Of a stretch of 64,000 nucleotides of DNA, positions 10,701 to 19,482 are shown piece after piece (position 1 is the stretch's first letter; each line of letters opens with the position of its first letter). The notes beneath the pieces were generated by a model. That model was not told the DNA's origin and made no database searches. It was given only the letters and a program-made list of their open reading frames with translations. Source of the DNA: an uncultured Gammaproteobacteria bacterium (GTDB lineage Bacteria > Patescibacteriota > Patescibacteriia > Magasanikbacterales > GWA2-37-8); contig CAYXJO010000008.1 in the NCBI GenBank assembly GCA_964465205.1, positions 2,164 through 66,163 on the forward strand. The letters run 5' to 3'. The position numbers were made by a program, and so were the translations under genes.

Positions 10701-13700
10701 AAGTTTATATAGCTATTACTATCTAACAAAGAAATGCTGCCGCTCACTGTCAGCGCCGCCACAGTATTAGTTGTCGCAATACCAACAAAACCAGTAGTAC
10801 CAGCTCCGTTAGACGATCCAACAAATAAGGTGGGCAAGTCACTGTTGAAACCAATCATTAAAGAATCCGCAATATTATTAACAAGCGGATTGTTTATGCC
10901 AGCTCCCACACCAATTACTGAACTTTGAACAGCTGCTGCCTGTACCGCACTGCCTATCACTATGGAGTCTCGAGCGGTCGCTTGTGCGTTAGCACCAAAA
11001 GCCAAACTACTCTCACCTGATGCTAAAACATTCTTACCAATTGCCTGCGAACTAGTGCCAATGTTCACATTATCCCATTCAGTACTACTAGCTATACCAG
11101 CACGAAACGAACCCTTGCTCGGTATCCACATCAGCCGAGTGCCAGCACCAGAAAAAGGAGTGTCGCCCGATGAACCATTAAATAACACTGAACCATTTTC
11201 AACCCCCAACCTGGCTATTACCGAAGTGGTACCCACTCCCAACTTCCACATTGCCGGGTCCCAATTAAGACCATTGTCACTAGTGATCGTAGAACTACCA
11301 TCCCACCAAGCTATTTGGTGGCTTGAACCACTTCCTTGCACACCTGTTACACCGGTAGTATTGGTAGAGATCGTGTACCAATTATCATCGCTACTGTGCT
11401 TAACTTGCACAAGACCGCCATAATCGCGCAAACCATAGCCATCCGTACCTGTTACGGAGTTAAAATTTAAGTAATTGTTACTGCCGTGCAACAACATGCC
11501 GCCTGATACCGACAGCTTAGTTGGCGGGTCTGAAATACCAATTCCAACATTCCCCGTCTGATCAATAGTCATTCTCACCACCCCAGATGAAGTGTCATTC
11601 TGTACGGTGGAGAAAGATATTTTGGAACCCTTGGCCGTATTGGTAAAACTTTGAGTAGCGCGAAAGTCAATCGACGAACCATCTAAAAACGTGCCCCAAG
11701 CACTAGTACCATAACCCACTGCAGTAATCGAACCCAGACGGTCATCATTCTGCACAGCCGAAGGCGCACTTTCGGTACCGCGCGCATAAGCCAAACCAAA
11801 AGCCGGATAACCACTACCGGGCGTTAATCCAGAATAATATGCCGCCGCAATAGCCGAGTCAGCTTGGTAGCCCCCGACAGCTACCAAGCTCAGACGGGTC
11901 AAAGGCCTACTGGTTCCTACGCCGACATATCCGGTGCTACTGCTAATAAACAAAGCTGAAGTAACAGTCCAACTAGTGCCGACACTATACAAAATATTAC
12001 CATCGGATCCGCTAGGCAAACTTCCACCACTGCTTATGTTTGCCCAATCTCCGCCACTATTTTTATATTGCATCGTACCGTTCAAGTCGCGAAATCCGTA
12101 GCCAGCAGTACCAGTAACATTATCTCCCGAGCCGAAATTCAAGTACGTAGTAGCACCAGGGCCAATACTTGATATCAAAGCATCACCATACACAGACAAT
12201 CTGGCTGGTGGATTACCAGTAACAGAGCTACCAATGCCGACATTACCGGTATGATCAATTACCATACGCGTATATGAACCATCAGAACCATTAGGTACCG
12301 TTTGAAACATGATTTTGGAACCGTTACTAGTAGAGGTAAATTGTTCCGTTGCCACAAATCTAATAACTGGACCCGCCCCAAAAGTCCAACCATCAACACC
12401 ATAACCTCCAGCTACTATTTGACCAAGATTATCTCCATTCTGAATTGCTGTCGGGCTAACAGGTGTCCCACGCGCTCGCATCAACGCGATTGTTGCGCCA
12501 GAATTATTGTCATTATAATACCACATGGATTGACCAGCACTAAAAGTATCAGTGCCGGATATGCTCAATTTAGTCAATGGATCCACAGTTCCAAAACCAA
12601 CATAACCCGTACTACTACTTATGTATATTGTCCGAGTAGCAACCCAATTGGCACCGACCGATGATATGATAGCCCCGTCTAAACCGGCAGGTACTGAACT
12701 AGTGCTAATATTCGTCCAAGCGCCATCGCTATTTTTGAATTGGATTGTGCCAAGATTATCACGGAAACCATAACCAGAGGTGCTAGTGGTGGAACCAAAA
12801 TTAATATAATTATATGATCCCTCCAATAATATGTTCCCATACACCGATAACTTCGATTCTGGCGACTCAGTACCAATACCAATATTACCACTATGATCAA
12901 TTACCATACGTGCCAATGTCGGGTTGGATAAACCATTTTGCGTAGTATACATAGCAATCCTAGAACCACGCCTACTACCGCCAGAATTAGAGAAATTTTC
13001 CGTAGCTTCAAAATTAATAAATGACGACACACTATAAGTACCACTACCTATATAACCCGACGCCAACACGCTACCAATCCAATCACCTTGTTGAACTGCT
13101 GTGGGACTGCTTTTGGTGCCACGTGAGTGCGCAAACATGACAGCCGGATACCCATCAGCGCCATGATAAAAAGAACTTATCATTGATTGTCCAAAAGAAC
13201 CAAGTGCTGATGATTCGCCTACCGCCGATATCCCGGTAGTGGGATTAGTCGTGCCTACACCTAAATACCCAGACACAGTGGTGGTGGCTAAGGTCGTATT
13301 TCTAGTTATAACAAGACTGCCGTTAGCATAAATCCCGGTCGAAGTTACTCGATTGAAGTTGAAGTTGCCTTGGGCATCAGAGATAGGAATATAAGTGGAC
13401 GTAGAAGCAGTCGAGGTGGCAGATACACCATCAAGATATTTGGAGTTAAAAGAATATGGCGCAGCAGTAATGCGTTTGCGCGGAGATAACACTTGCCCGT
13501 CGATACTAATCTCTAAATATAGATCGGAATTATTTTGAAATATAGTTGGCGACAATGAGTTGGTGCCGGTATCACCCAAATTTACACTAAATAATCCGCT
13601 AACTGGTGTAATATTTACAGTTGAAGTGGTTGGCAACGTACCGGAAGCAGTGTATAAAGCCGTTCCGCCAGACGCGTTATTGTATATAACGAATTTCATC

Positions 13701-13891
13701 GCCAAGGTGGTAGTAGCTGCTGTCCCATTCACTAACAATTTACCTTGATAAGTAATTATCGCTGGGGTGGCAGCCGCTTTTGTCGGCACGCCGTTACAAG
13801 TCGCAAAAATTGTAAACAAAACAATCCCGAATAACAAAAAGTTACGGAGTTTGCCAATTTTCCACCGTACGCTCTCAGTATATTTCCACAT
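7724..13891 (-). CDS. Giant secreted repeat protein (2055 aa) with about 20 degenerate repeats (..STGYVGVGTTNP.. / ..GNVGIGT..P..LSV..) and a Pro/Thr/Glu-rich C-terminal tail
   Basis: N-terminal signal/TM segment (LLFGIVLFTIFATCNG). Long Gly/Ser/Thr/Asn-rich beta-repeat body. A non-repeat module ...NGADYAEYFYTKDKDLTSGEVVCVD...IMGVVST... Terminator downstream. Confidence 0.85.
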   Translation of the reverse strand: MWKYTESVRWKIGKLRNFLLFGIVLFTIFATCNGVPTKAAATPAIITYQGKLLVNGTAATTTLAMKFVIYNNASGGTALYTASGTLPTTSTVNITPVSGLFSVNLGDTGTNSLSPTIFQNNSDLYLEISIDGQVLSPRKRITAAPYSFNSKYLDGVSATSTASTSTYIPISDAQGNFNFNRVTSTGIYANGSLVITRNTTLATTTVSGYLGVGTTNPTTGISAVGESSALGSFGQSMISSFYHGADGYPAVMFAHSRGTKSSPTAVQQGDWIGSVLASGYIGSGTYSVSSFINFEATENFSNSGGSRRGSRIAMYTTQNGLSNPTLARMVIDHSGNIGIGTESPESKLSVYGNILLEGSYNYINFGSTTSTSGYGFRDNLGTIQFKNSDGAWTNISTSSVPAGLDGAIISSVGANWVATRTIYISSSTGYVGFGTVDPLTKLSISGTDTFSAGQSMWYYNDNNSGATIALMRARGTPVSPTAIQNGDNLGQIVAGGYGVDGWTFGAGPVIRFVATEQFTSTSNGSKIMFQTVPNGSDGSYTRMVIDHTGNVGIGSSVTGNPPARLSVYGDALISSIGPGATTYLNFGSGDNVTGTAGYGFRDLNGTMQYKNSGGDWANISSGGSLPSGSDGNILYSVGTSWTVTSALFISSSTGYVGVGTSRPLTRLSLVAVGGYQADSAIAAAYYSGLTPGSGYPAFGLAYARGTESAPSAVQNDDRLGSITAVGYGTSAWGTFLDGSSIDFRATQSFTNTAKGSKISFSTVQNDTSSGVVRMTIDQTGNVGIGISDPPTKLSVSGGMLLHGSNNYLNFNSVTGTDGYGLRDYGGLVQVKHSSDDNWYTISTNTTGVTGVQGSGSSHQIAWWDGSSTITSDNGLNWDPAMWKLGVGTTSVIARLGVENGSVLFNGSSGDTPFSGAGTRLMWIPSKGSFRAGIASSTEWDNVNIGTSSQAIGKNVLASGESSLAFGANAQATARDSIVIGSAVQAAAVQSSVIGVGAGINNPLVNNIADSLMIGFNSDLPTLFVGSSNGAGTTGFVGIATTNTVAALTVSGSISLLDSNSYINFGAITSTGGYGLRDNGGVLEFKNSGGTWSAFGSATTTVAGNDGEVQYNSGGVLSATSSLAFRNGVFIADWNAVVTGTNRGVALIGNSNHIDDGPSSYVHHGTVLIGFANRTVTNGSDAPLVEGRVAIGSLNLVDGYNGAVAIGSGNASSGNTTMAMGSGMTVSGSGSVGIGLDTGSRFSVTQANTMAIMGGNVGIGTTTPISPLYVFSSSTGYTAGTSNATIISRVKTNASDSNTSIVSNFGAYLDNVAASPAAKAAFGAYGDQFDVTLGSLDQNVVIGPFRTTVGNGYDIIIAGGNGVGSGNGGITYIDGGNGVGGGNDGVVALIARTNYGKVGVGTSTPNARLSIIGASTSTLLSVYTSTTQPALFVSSNGYVGVGTSTPQDLLHLWGNNAGISLANTSGTPSHLRLVTDEDGDVYIQVGSAVTSGATTSLHFGPMRNNIGSYLTIAGNGNVGIGTTTPNYALTVSGSVNITGSYLTNGADYAEYFYTKDKDLTSGEVVCVDVTKNNAVKRCTRSADPDIMGVVSTKPSIIGNKSGDRENDPNYKIIGMLGQVAAKVSAENGPVRPGDSLTSASSTPGYLMRADAGDSTVGVALEGLDSGVGTVNVLISRRNKSMTVEQVEEKITRHIADMKIEDEVQILVSSAVGKYDFSSVSQLSALIDSKLQLFGDAFRVKLSDEMTMLFGNQLAVLNSSTEKLMAGFGEFSDSLGIVSTSLAFFQVEELSNNSAIWSAIDNVSTTLANFMAKDSVVSTSTELTIDQRSDYLMVKNNELNLNGAILANVTAVHARSDKWRITEDGLLVSVVQTSEGNKDVYAMQALSSELVFSGSGRLQAGETYIKFDTSTRDMIDSGQSLKVSVTLTSEEAKGIFVKAKDAFGFVVKELMGGQSDATFDWVVVARRGDGQVRDAGTAEPIDDAAIEETVVGNAGTSTPAFDQDSVPTSTVPEITAEPIMPTAEPDVPTAEETSIEPPAAVELPSQEAVVNSSAAQP

Positions 13892-13950
13892 AGATCAGAC
13901 TCCTTAATTGTACTGTGTTTATTATACCATTTTTAGGGCTTAAATAATAC

Positions 13951-13983
13951 AAAAAAGATGTGGATAAGTTCACATCTTTTTTG
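13951..13983 (-). terminator. Bidirectional rho-independent terminator (AAGATGTG-gataagtt-CACATCTT flanked by A/T runs)
   Basis: Read directly. The TGTGGATAA inside it is the hairpin loop/stem, not necessarily a DnaA box. Confidence 0.7.
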
Positions 13984-14001
13984 TTAACAAGAAGCTTTAA
14001 T

Positions 14002-17000
14002 TTACTGCTGTGTTGTTATGTCGACCGGCTTATCTGGCATAGTATTATTATCGCCTGTACTTACTGTTGAAGTTGGTGTGGGTTTATTGGGTGGCGATTG
14101 TAAACCGTCCGCCTTTTTCAGCGCTACATCCAATGCAATCGCCGCCGCATCTTGCCCGCGCAAGTCAATGTCTTCGGTTTTGGCCTGTTCATAACCCGGA
14201 CGTTCATAAGTAACATAAAACTGACTATCCGCTGCCAAAAATGTATAACGGCCATTCCTGTCGGTGATTTCGGTTGACACTAACTTGTTGAAATGTGAGT
14301 CAAACAGACGCGCCACCGCCCTATCCAACGGTTTTTTAGTGTGTTCATCATAAACAATACCCCATCCTTTGGCCTTTTGCATCACCGCCAATCTTCTAAA
14401 TAACAAGAACAAAACTATATGCACACCCAGCAATACCCACATATACCATTTTGGCGAAATATATAACGCCACAATAGTCACAAACAAACCTGTCCAAGAA
14501 ACCAAGATTTGCACATGACGCAACACTCTTTCCACATACAAACGTCGTGGTGTTTTGGACTCACCAGCCGGATCCATTGGAATGTTGGCGGTAATTGTAG
14601 TATCTTTGACCGTTACTTCGATCACTTCACCATGGTACAAATCCGTACGCCGACCATCGCTTTTGAAGTCCACCAACAACTTGGTAGGCGACACAAACCC
14701 GGCCTTAAAAGCTTCAATCTTATATTTACCCGGATCAGCAATGAAAATGTATCTACCATTTTTATCGGTTACACGTGAACGAATAATCTTACCGGATACC
14801 GCATCAACCAGACGCACTATCGCCAAATCAACCGGCATTTTACTTAAAGAGTTATACACCTGACCCCAATTTTTGCGCTTACGCCGGCCTATCAACAAAA
14901 TCGGCTGAAAAAACAATAGTTGTAGAAATGCCCACAAATTAGAGAAAGAAATAAGCGACACTGTGCCAACAGCCACCACACCTACGGCCGCCGGAGCCAC
15001 AATTTGAGTCGCTGCTTGTTCTACCACCGGATTATCTACCGTCTCTTTGATAACCTCCACTGCTCTTTCAATATTGGCGGGAATGGCCGCGGCGATAGTC
15101 GCCGGCTTCATTGTTAACCGAACTTGTCGATTAACTACGTTATTAGTAACAAGAAATCTTTGAGTCTTATGTGAATAGTATCTGTCTACATCTAACGCCA
15201 AATAATATTTACCATTTGGCACTACCCAACCAAAAACACCGTTGCGATCCGAGATTAACGGATTCAATTGTCCGTAATAATCGGCATTAAACAGTTCTCC
15301 TTTATCGTTGTACAGTTTTATATTGACCCCTTCCAAAGTAACTCCGCCGTCGCCGGTCACCACGCCTGTCGGCAAACTAGACAATTTAAAATTTACACTA
15401 TCAGTTTGACCCGATCCGTAATCTATCTCCAAAAAGGCGCTATTATCCCCATTTGGAAAAACAATATCGGTATAATATGTTTTTTGTTCATTGTCCAAAT
15501 TCAAGGCGTATTCGTTATTACCAAACCTCAACGCCACCCTAATAGGTGGCCCAGCCAACTTGACGCGTGGTACACCAACCGTAAACGCCGATCGCACCAA
15601 ACTACGTACGACACCCGCAGTATCCGGACGCAACTCAATATTGCGTGCTCCTCCCCAAAATAGTAGATCGCTAAGGTTCAAGTGTACAAAACCAGGTACG
15701 GTTATACCTCGACGACAATCAGTGGTGTTGAAAGAACAGTTGCTATTACACCGAACTACACCTTCATTCCAATCTATATTAAAATCACCGCAAGATTTCG
15801 TAATCGGCAGATTAGTTTCGCAATCTTCACCTATGTCCACAGTGCCATTGCCACAATTTTGTGGGTTGCCACAAGATAATGTGCAGTCACTGGCACAACT
15901 AGAAATACCACAACCGTTCAACGCACCATTGTCGCAATCCTCGGCTCCTTGTCTGGTGCCATCACCACACACCGGACAAACTTGAGTTTGGCACGTAGCA
16001 CTACAGGTGCTAGGGCAAATTCCATTGTTCGATCCGTGATCGCAAGTCTCTCCAGCACTAACATCAAGGTTACCATCGCCACAATTACCACCGCCTATAT
16101 GAGAACACCCTGAATAGTTATAAGTACAATTATTATTACAAGTAACTACACCGGAGTTCCAGTTGGCGTCTTGCTCGGCACAAGTACGAGTAATTGGTTT
16201 GTTTGGCTCACAATTTTCACCAGCGTCTGGCTCTCCATCACCACAATAGCCTTCATTTTCACAAACATTTCTCTTACAACTCATACTGCAGGCCTCTGGA
16301 CACACACCATTGGACCCGCCATTATCACATTCTTCACCCGCCACATCAATGAGTGAGTCGCCACAATAAGCTACTTTACAAAACACTTTGGCACCAGTGC
16401 TATAGTTGTCGGAGGTGTCTTTGGTAAAAATCTTATAATAATAATTTTTGTTTGCCGAAATACCACTATCAGTATAAGTCTGGCCGATACCGTCATAAAC
16501 CAAGACACCATCCAAATGCCCCGTAGGCTCAACATCTAGCTTTCTCACCACTTCTACTCCGGCAAAACAAGCCTCCGATAATTGATCGGGGTTGATCCAA
16601 GACAGTGCACAATTACGACTGGTGGTCACAACACCAAACTCCGAAACATTGGTAGGATTATTCAACATGTCCAACAATGTAGTGAAGGTATCATCGCTGG
16701 TACGCACTTGTTCATCACCCACTGCCGACACAACCTCGTAATGATAGGTAGTATTGCCGCACAAGTTGCTTACTAGTTGGCTATGGTTCGACAATAACGT
16801 AGAATTACCGATCATTGAACCATAGGCCGAAGTTAATCCATAATTAATCTGACTATCTGAATCTTTGTTGGTATTCCAAGTAACACTGGTAGTGGTCATG
16901 CCTGCACGAACCACTACATTATATATAGATAATGCTTGCCAAGGTGCCAACGTGCGGAACGTACCAACTACCGCCGAACCATTATTGGAGCTATCAGTAC

Positions 17001-17919
17001 AAGTGATAGTGAAACTATAACTAGTGTTCTCGGATAACCCTGATAAATTTACATTAAAATTACCGGCCGTAGGCTGATTCACTGTAGCGGCCGGACCACT
17101 ATAACTAAAACTACAATTTTGTAACCCACTCGCTCCATCATAAGCAGTCCACACCACATTCGCGGTAGTATAACTAGTCGAAGTACTGATAATAGTAATG
17201 GTCGGCCCTTCACAGTCGCCCTTGCAATTATGCGCCAGAATGCCGTCGGCAAAATAATTGTGGATATTAGACACTTCAAAGTTATACACAGTTGCCACAC
17301 TATCCACCCAACGTAAAGACCTCACCTTGACCATTTGCCCATGCTCATCTTGCAGACTGTCTCCGATATGTAGCTCGCCAGCCTCTTGCCACGCGCCATT
17401 TATATACAGTCGATGATTTGGTGTTACTTTCAAAAAATTATTAACAACTAAATATCCTGGGACATTATCGTGTTGGAACTTTTGCAAAACTTTTTCAACT
17501 TGCAGTTGTTTGGACTGCTCATCGTAACTATAAACTAAGTCACCCACAACAATATCGGCAATGCGCTTGCTAGAATTATTAGCTAGCAAAATCTTGGTAT
17601 CAGGCAAAAAACAAGGATTGCAATCCGGGTGTCCCACAGCACGACAAGTCGAGACCTGCCAACCACTACAATCTGCTTTACAACTGGCGGTACCACAGCC
17701 GTACAATGTAGAGCTAATACTAGTACAACTCGCGCTGCCACCATCACAAACTTCACCTTCATTTATAATATTATCTCCACACATCGCAGAGACAGACACA
17801 GTCATGTTGATATCAACACTACCGCTATCAGTGGCCGCCCAAGAGTCAATAAAATACCCCACCCCAATAATGGTAGTTATGACAAAAATCAAATTCATTA
17901 TAAACCTATGTTTTATCAT
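14002..17919 (-). CDS. Giant multi-domain surface protein (1305 aa): signal peptide, Hint/intein-like domain, FN3-like domain, Cys-rich CxxC..CDxG.NG.CP..C repeats, carboxypeptidase-regulatory-like (DxNGRYxF) domains and TM helices
   Basis: Motifs read from the translation. CGDGxxDxGExCD..NG.CP..CS..C repeats. DKNGRYIFIADPGKY and DRNGRYTFLAADSQFY modules. Two hydrophobic helices in the C-terminal third. Confidence 0.85.
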   Translation of the reverse strand: MIKHRFIMNLIFVITTIIGVGYFIDSWAATDSGSVDINMTVSVSAMCGDNIINEGEVCDGGSASCTSISSTLYGCGTASCKADCSGWQVSTCRAVGHPDCNPCFLPDTKILLANNSSKRIADIVVGDLVYSYDEQSKQLQVEKVLQKFQHDNVPGYLVVNNFLKVTPNHRLYINGAWQEAGELHIGDSLQDEHGQMVKVRSLRWVDSVATVYNFEVSNIHNYFADGILAHNCKGDCEGPTITIISTSTSYTTANVVWTAYDGASGLQNCSFSYSGPAATVNQPTAGNFNVNLSGLSENTSYSFTITCTDSSNNGSAVVGTFRTLAPWQALSIYNVVVRAGMTTTSVTWNTNKDSDSQINYGLTSAYGSMIGNSTLLSNHSQLVSNLCGNTTYHYEVVSAVGDEQVRTSDDTFTTLLDMLNNPTNVSEFGVVTTSRNCALSWINPDQLSEACFAGVEVVRKLDVEPTGHLDGVLVYDGIGQTYTDSGISANKNYYYKIFTKDTSDNYSTGAKVFCKVAYCGDSLIDVAGEECDNGGSNGVCPEACSMSCKRNVCENEGYCGDGEPDAGENCEPNKPITRTCAEQDANWNSGVVTCNNNCTYNYSGCSHIGGGNCGDGNLDVSAGETCDHGSNNGICPSTCSATCQTQVCPVCGDGTRQGAEDCDNGALNGCGISSCASDCTLSCGNPQNCGNGTVDIGEDCETNLPITKSCGDFNIDWNEGVVRCNSNCSFNTTDCRRGITVPGFVHLNLSDLLFWGGARNIELRPDTAGVVRSLVRSAFTVGVPRVKLAGPPIRVALRFGNNEYALNLDNEQKTYYTDIVFPNGDNSAFLEIDYGSGQTDSVNFKLSSLPTGVVTGDGGVTLEGVNIKLYNDKGELFNADYYGQLNPLISDRNGVFGWVVPNGKYYLALDVDRYYSHKTQRFLVTNNVVNRQVRLTMKPATIAAAIPANIERAVEVIKETVDNPVVEQAATQIVAPAAVGVVAVGTVSLISFSNLWAFLQLLFFQPILLIGRRKRKNWGQVYNSLSKMPVDLAIVRLVDAVSGKIIRSRVTDKNGRYIFIADPGKYKIEAFKAGFVSPTKLLVDFKSDGRRTDLYHGEVIEVTVKDTTITANIPMDPAGESKTPRRLYVERVLRHVQILVSWTGLFVTIVALYISPKWYMWVLLGVHIVLFLLFRRLAVMQKAKGWGIVYDEHTKKPLDRAVARLFDSHFNKLVSTEITDRNGRYTFLAADSQFYVTYERPGYEQAKTEDIDLRGQDAAAIALDVALKKADGLQSPPNKPTPTSTVSTGDNNTMPDKPVDITTQQ
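17227..17613 (-). other. Hint (Hedgehog/intein) / bacterial intein-like domain, residues about 103-231 of the giant protein
   Basis: Block A CFLPDTKIL. Block B VTPNHRLY (TxxH). Terminal VYNFEVSNIHNYFADGILAHN followed by Cys (+1). No endonuclease insert (about 129 aa). Confidence 0.7.
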
Positions 17920-18814
17920 ATCGTGCCTGAAGCTTTTTCATTTTAATCTTGCGAACAAATTTAAACGTCAGCATAAATACCACAATGACTACTACTGATA
18001 GTCCAACCAAACTCCACACTGGCCAATACCACACATAATCGACAGCTGTTATACTCTGTTTAGTCAAACCATACGCTATTCTAGACTCAACTTGGTAGAT
18101 ACCGGGCCACAAAACCGATCCTGCCACATCTGTTTCAAAGTTGGTAATTTTTTGGGCCCCTGCCAATACTTTATTATTGGAAAAAATCTGCTTGACGACC
18201 AAAGCGTGTCCGCGCCAACTATTTATTACCAACTCTCCACTAACTGGCACCTCGACATTACCTTTGTTCTCCAACACCAAATCAAAACGCCATGATTTTT
18301 GACTAGTCCAACTTTGTTCGCTTTCAAATTTTTTAACAAGTAAAGACTCGTATGCTGAACCAGAGACTTGTATTGTAATCAAACTCAACAAACGAGGCGA
18401 AAAACCCACATTGCTTTTACCTGTGTTTCCTGACTCAACCCCCAGACCCAAATAGTGACTCCCAGGGATTGCGTCGCGTGGAATATCAATCTCAAAAACA
18501 ACCTCACTTTTACCGCCGGGTCCCACATTTATTTCTGTGTCAACCGACTTGACCCATTGCTCTGCGGACTCCAAATTTTTACCAAATACCGGCTGTCCTT
18601 TTTCGCCCTGACGAACACCAAATACGACTGGCACAAATTTCATTCCTATGGCTTCATCGTTATCAACCTGTATCTTGGTCACTTGTGTACTACCGGGATC
18701 GGCTGTAATCAAAAAACGTACCGGACTAATGGTAAATGCCAGCGTGGGTGGCGCCCAAAAAAATGACAATGCCAATAAGAATAGTAATTTACGCCACATA
18801 AATTGCCAGCACAA
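17906..18814 (-). CDS. Secreted protein with N-terminal signal peptide and C-terminal TM anchor (302 aa)
   Basis: N-terminal LLFLLALSFFWAPPTLA. C-terminal WSLVGLSVVVIVVFMLTF followed by a basic tail. Confidence 0.7.
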   Translation of the reverse strand: MCWQFMWRKLLFLLALSFFWAPPTLAFTISPVRFLITADPGSTQVTKIQVDNDEAIGMKFVPVVFGVRQGEKGQPVFGKNLESAEQWVKSVDTEINVGPGGKSEVVFEIDIPRDAIPGSHYLGLGVESGNTGKSNVGFSPRLLSLITIQVSGSAYESLLVKKFESEQSWTSQKSWRFDLVLENKGNVEVPVSGELVINSWRGHALVVKQIFSNNKVLAGAQKITNFETDVAGSVLWPGIYQVESRIAYGLTKQSITAVDYVWYWPVWSLVGLSVVVIVVFMLTFKFVRKIKMKKLQARYDKT

Positions 18815-18818
18815 AAAA

Positions 18819-19454
18819 TTAAAAATTAGCGGAAGCGGTCAAAACTACCGTTTGACTATAACTACCCGCCACCGTAGTCGAACTAATAGCTGCTTTAAAT
18901 TCCAATACCGTAGCACTGCCCACAATCGGCGCGACAGAAGCGGCAATAAGCAGACTGCTGGTCACCGCCACATCACCGCTAGTAAGTTGATTCTCTGCTC
19001 CGCTGCCGGCCACACCAAACGCTTCAGTGCCGGCTGTCACTGTACCCCCAACCACATCCTGCAGACTACCACCCGACCAAATCGCACTTCCAACTGTTAA
19101 CGAATAACCTGTCCCCGCGTCAGTAGAGACCGTTGCGGTGGTAGAAGCACTACTTACCGTAGATGTACTCAAGGTGCCCAAATTCAAAGATGAGTCAGAG
19201 ATACTCAAACTGATATACCCCCTATCCATAGCCTGATAACCGCCACGAATTTCATAAGTGCCGTCATTCATAATTCCCACCGGCGACTCTCCCAAACTGG
19301 AATCCAAACTATACTCGCCACCAATGCTAAACACACCACCGGAATCAATCGTGTCGGCATAGATGTAGTAATCTGTGGAAGACATGGCGGCAAATAAATT
19401 CGTCGGCAAAATTAGCGCGCCTAACAATAGAATTGTAACAATGAATAATCTCAT
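18819..19454 (-). CDS. Secreted Ser/Thr/Gly-rich protein (about 211 aa from MRLFIV start)
   Basis: Signal-peptide-like MRLFIVTILLLGALILPTNLFAA. The listed ORF start at 19508 overlaps the upstream gene. I prefer the ATG at 19454. Confidence 0.6.
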   Translation of the reverse strand: MRLFIVTILLLGALILPTNLFAAMSSTDYYIYADTIDSGGVFSIGGEYSLDSSLGESPVGIMNDGTYEIRGGYQAMDRGYISLSISDSSLNLGTLSTSTVSSASTTATVSTDAGTGYSLTVGSAIWSGGSLQDVVGGTVTAGTEAFGVAGSGAENQLTSGDVAVTSSLLIAASVAPIVGSATVLEFKAAISSTTVAGSYSQTVVLTASANF

Positions 19455-19482
19455 TTGGCGAATATTAAAAACGGCGGCAAAA

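Noticed and set aside
8181-13748. Numerous 60-150-aa plus-strand ORFs (e.g. 10071-10298, 10962-11423, 12302-12664) inside the giant minus-strand gene
   Set aside because: They are antisense to a 2055-aa ORF with coherent repeat structure. Low-complexity, Pro/Thr-rich translations are typical antisense artefacts.
13955-13963. TGTGGATAA DnaA-box-like 9-mer
   Set aside because: It forms part of the stem/loop of a textbook terminator hairpin between two genes. It is probably coincidental.
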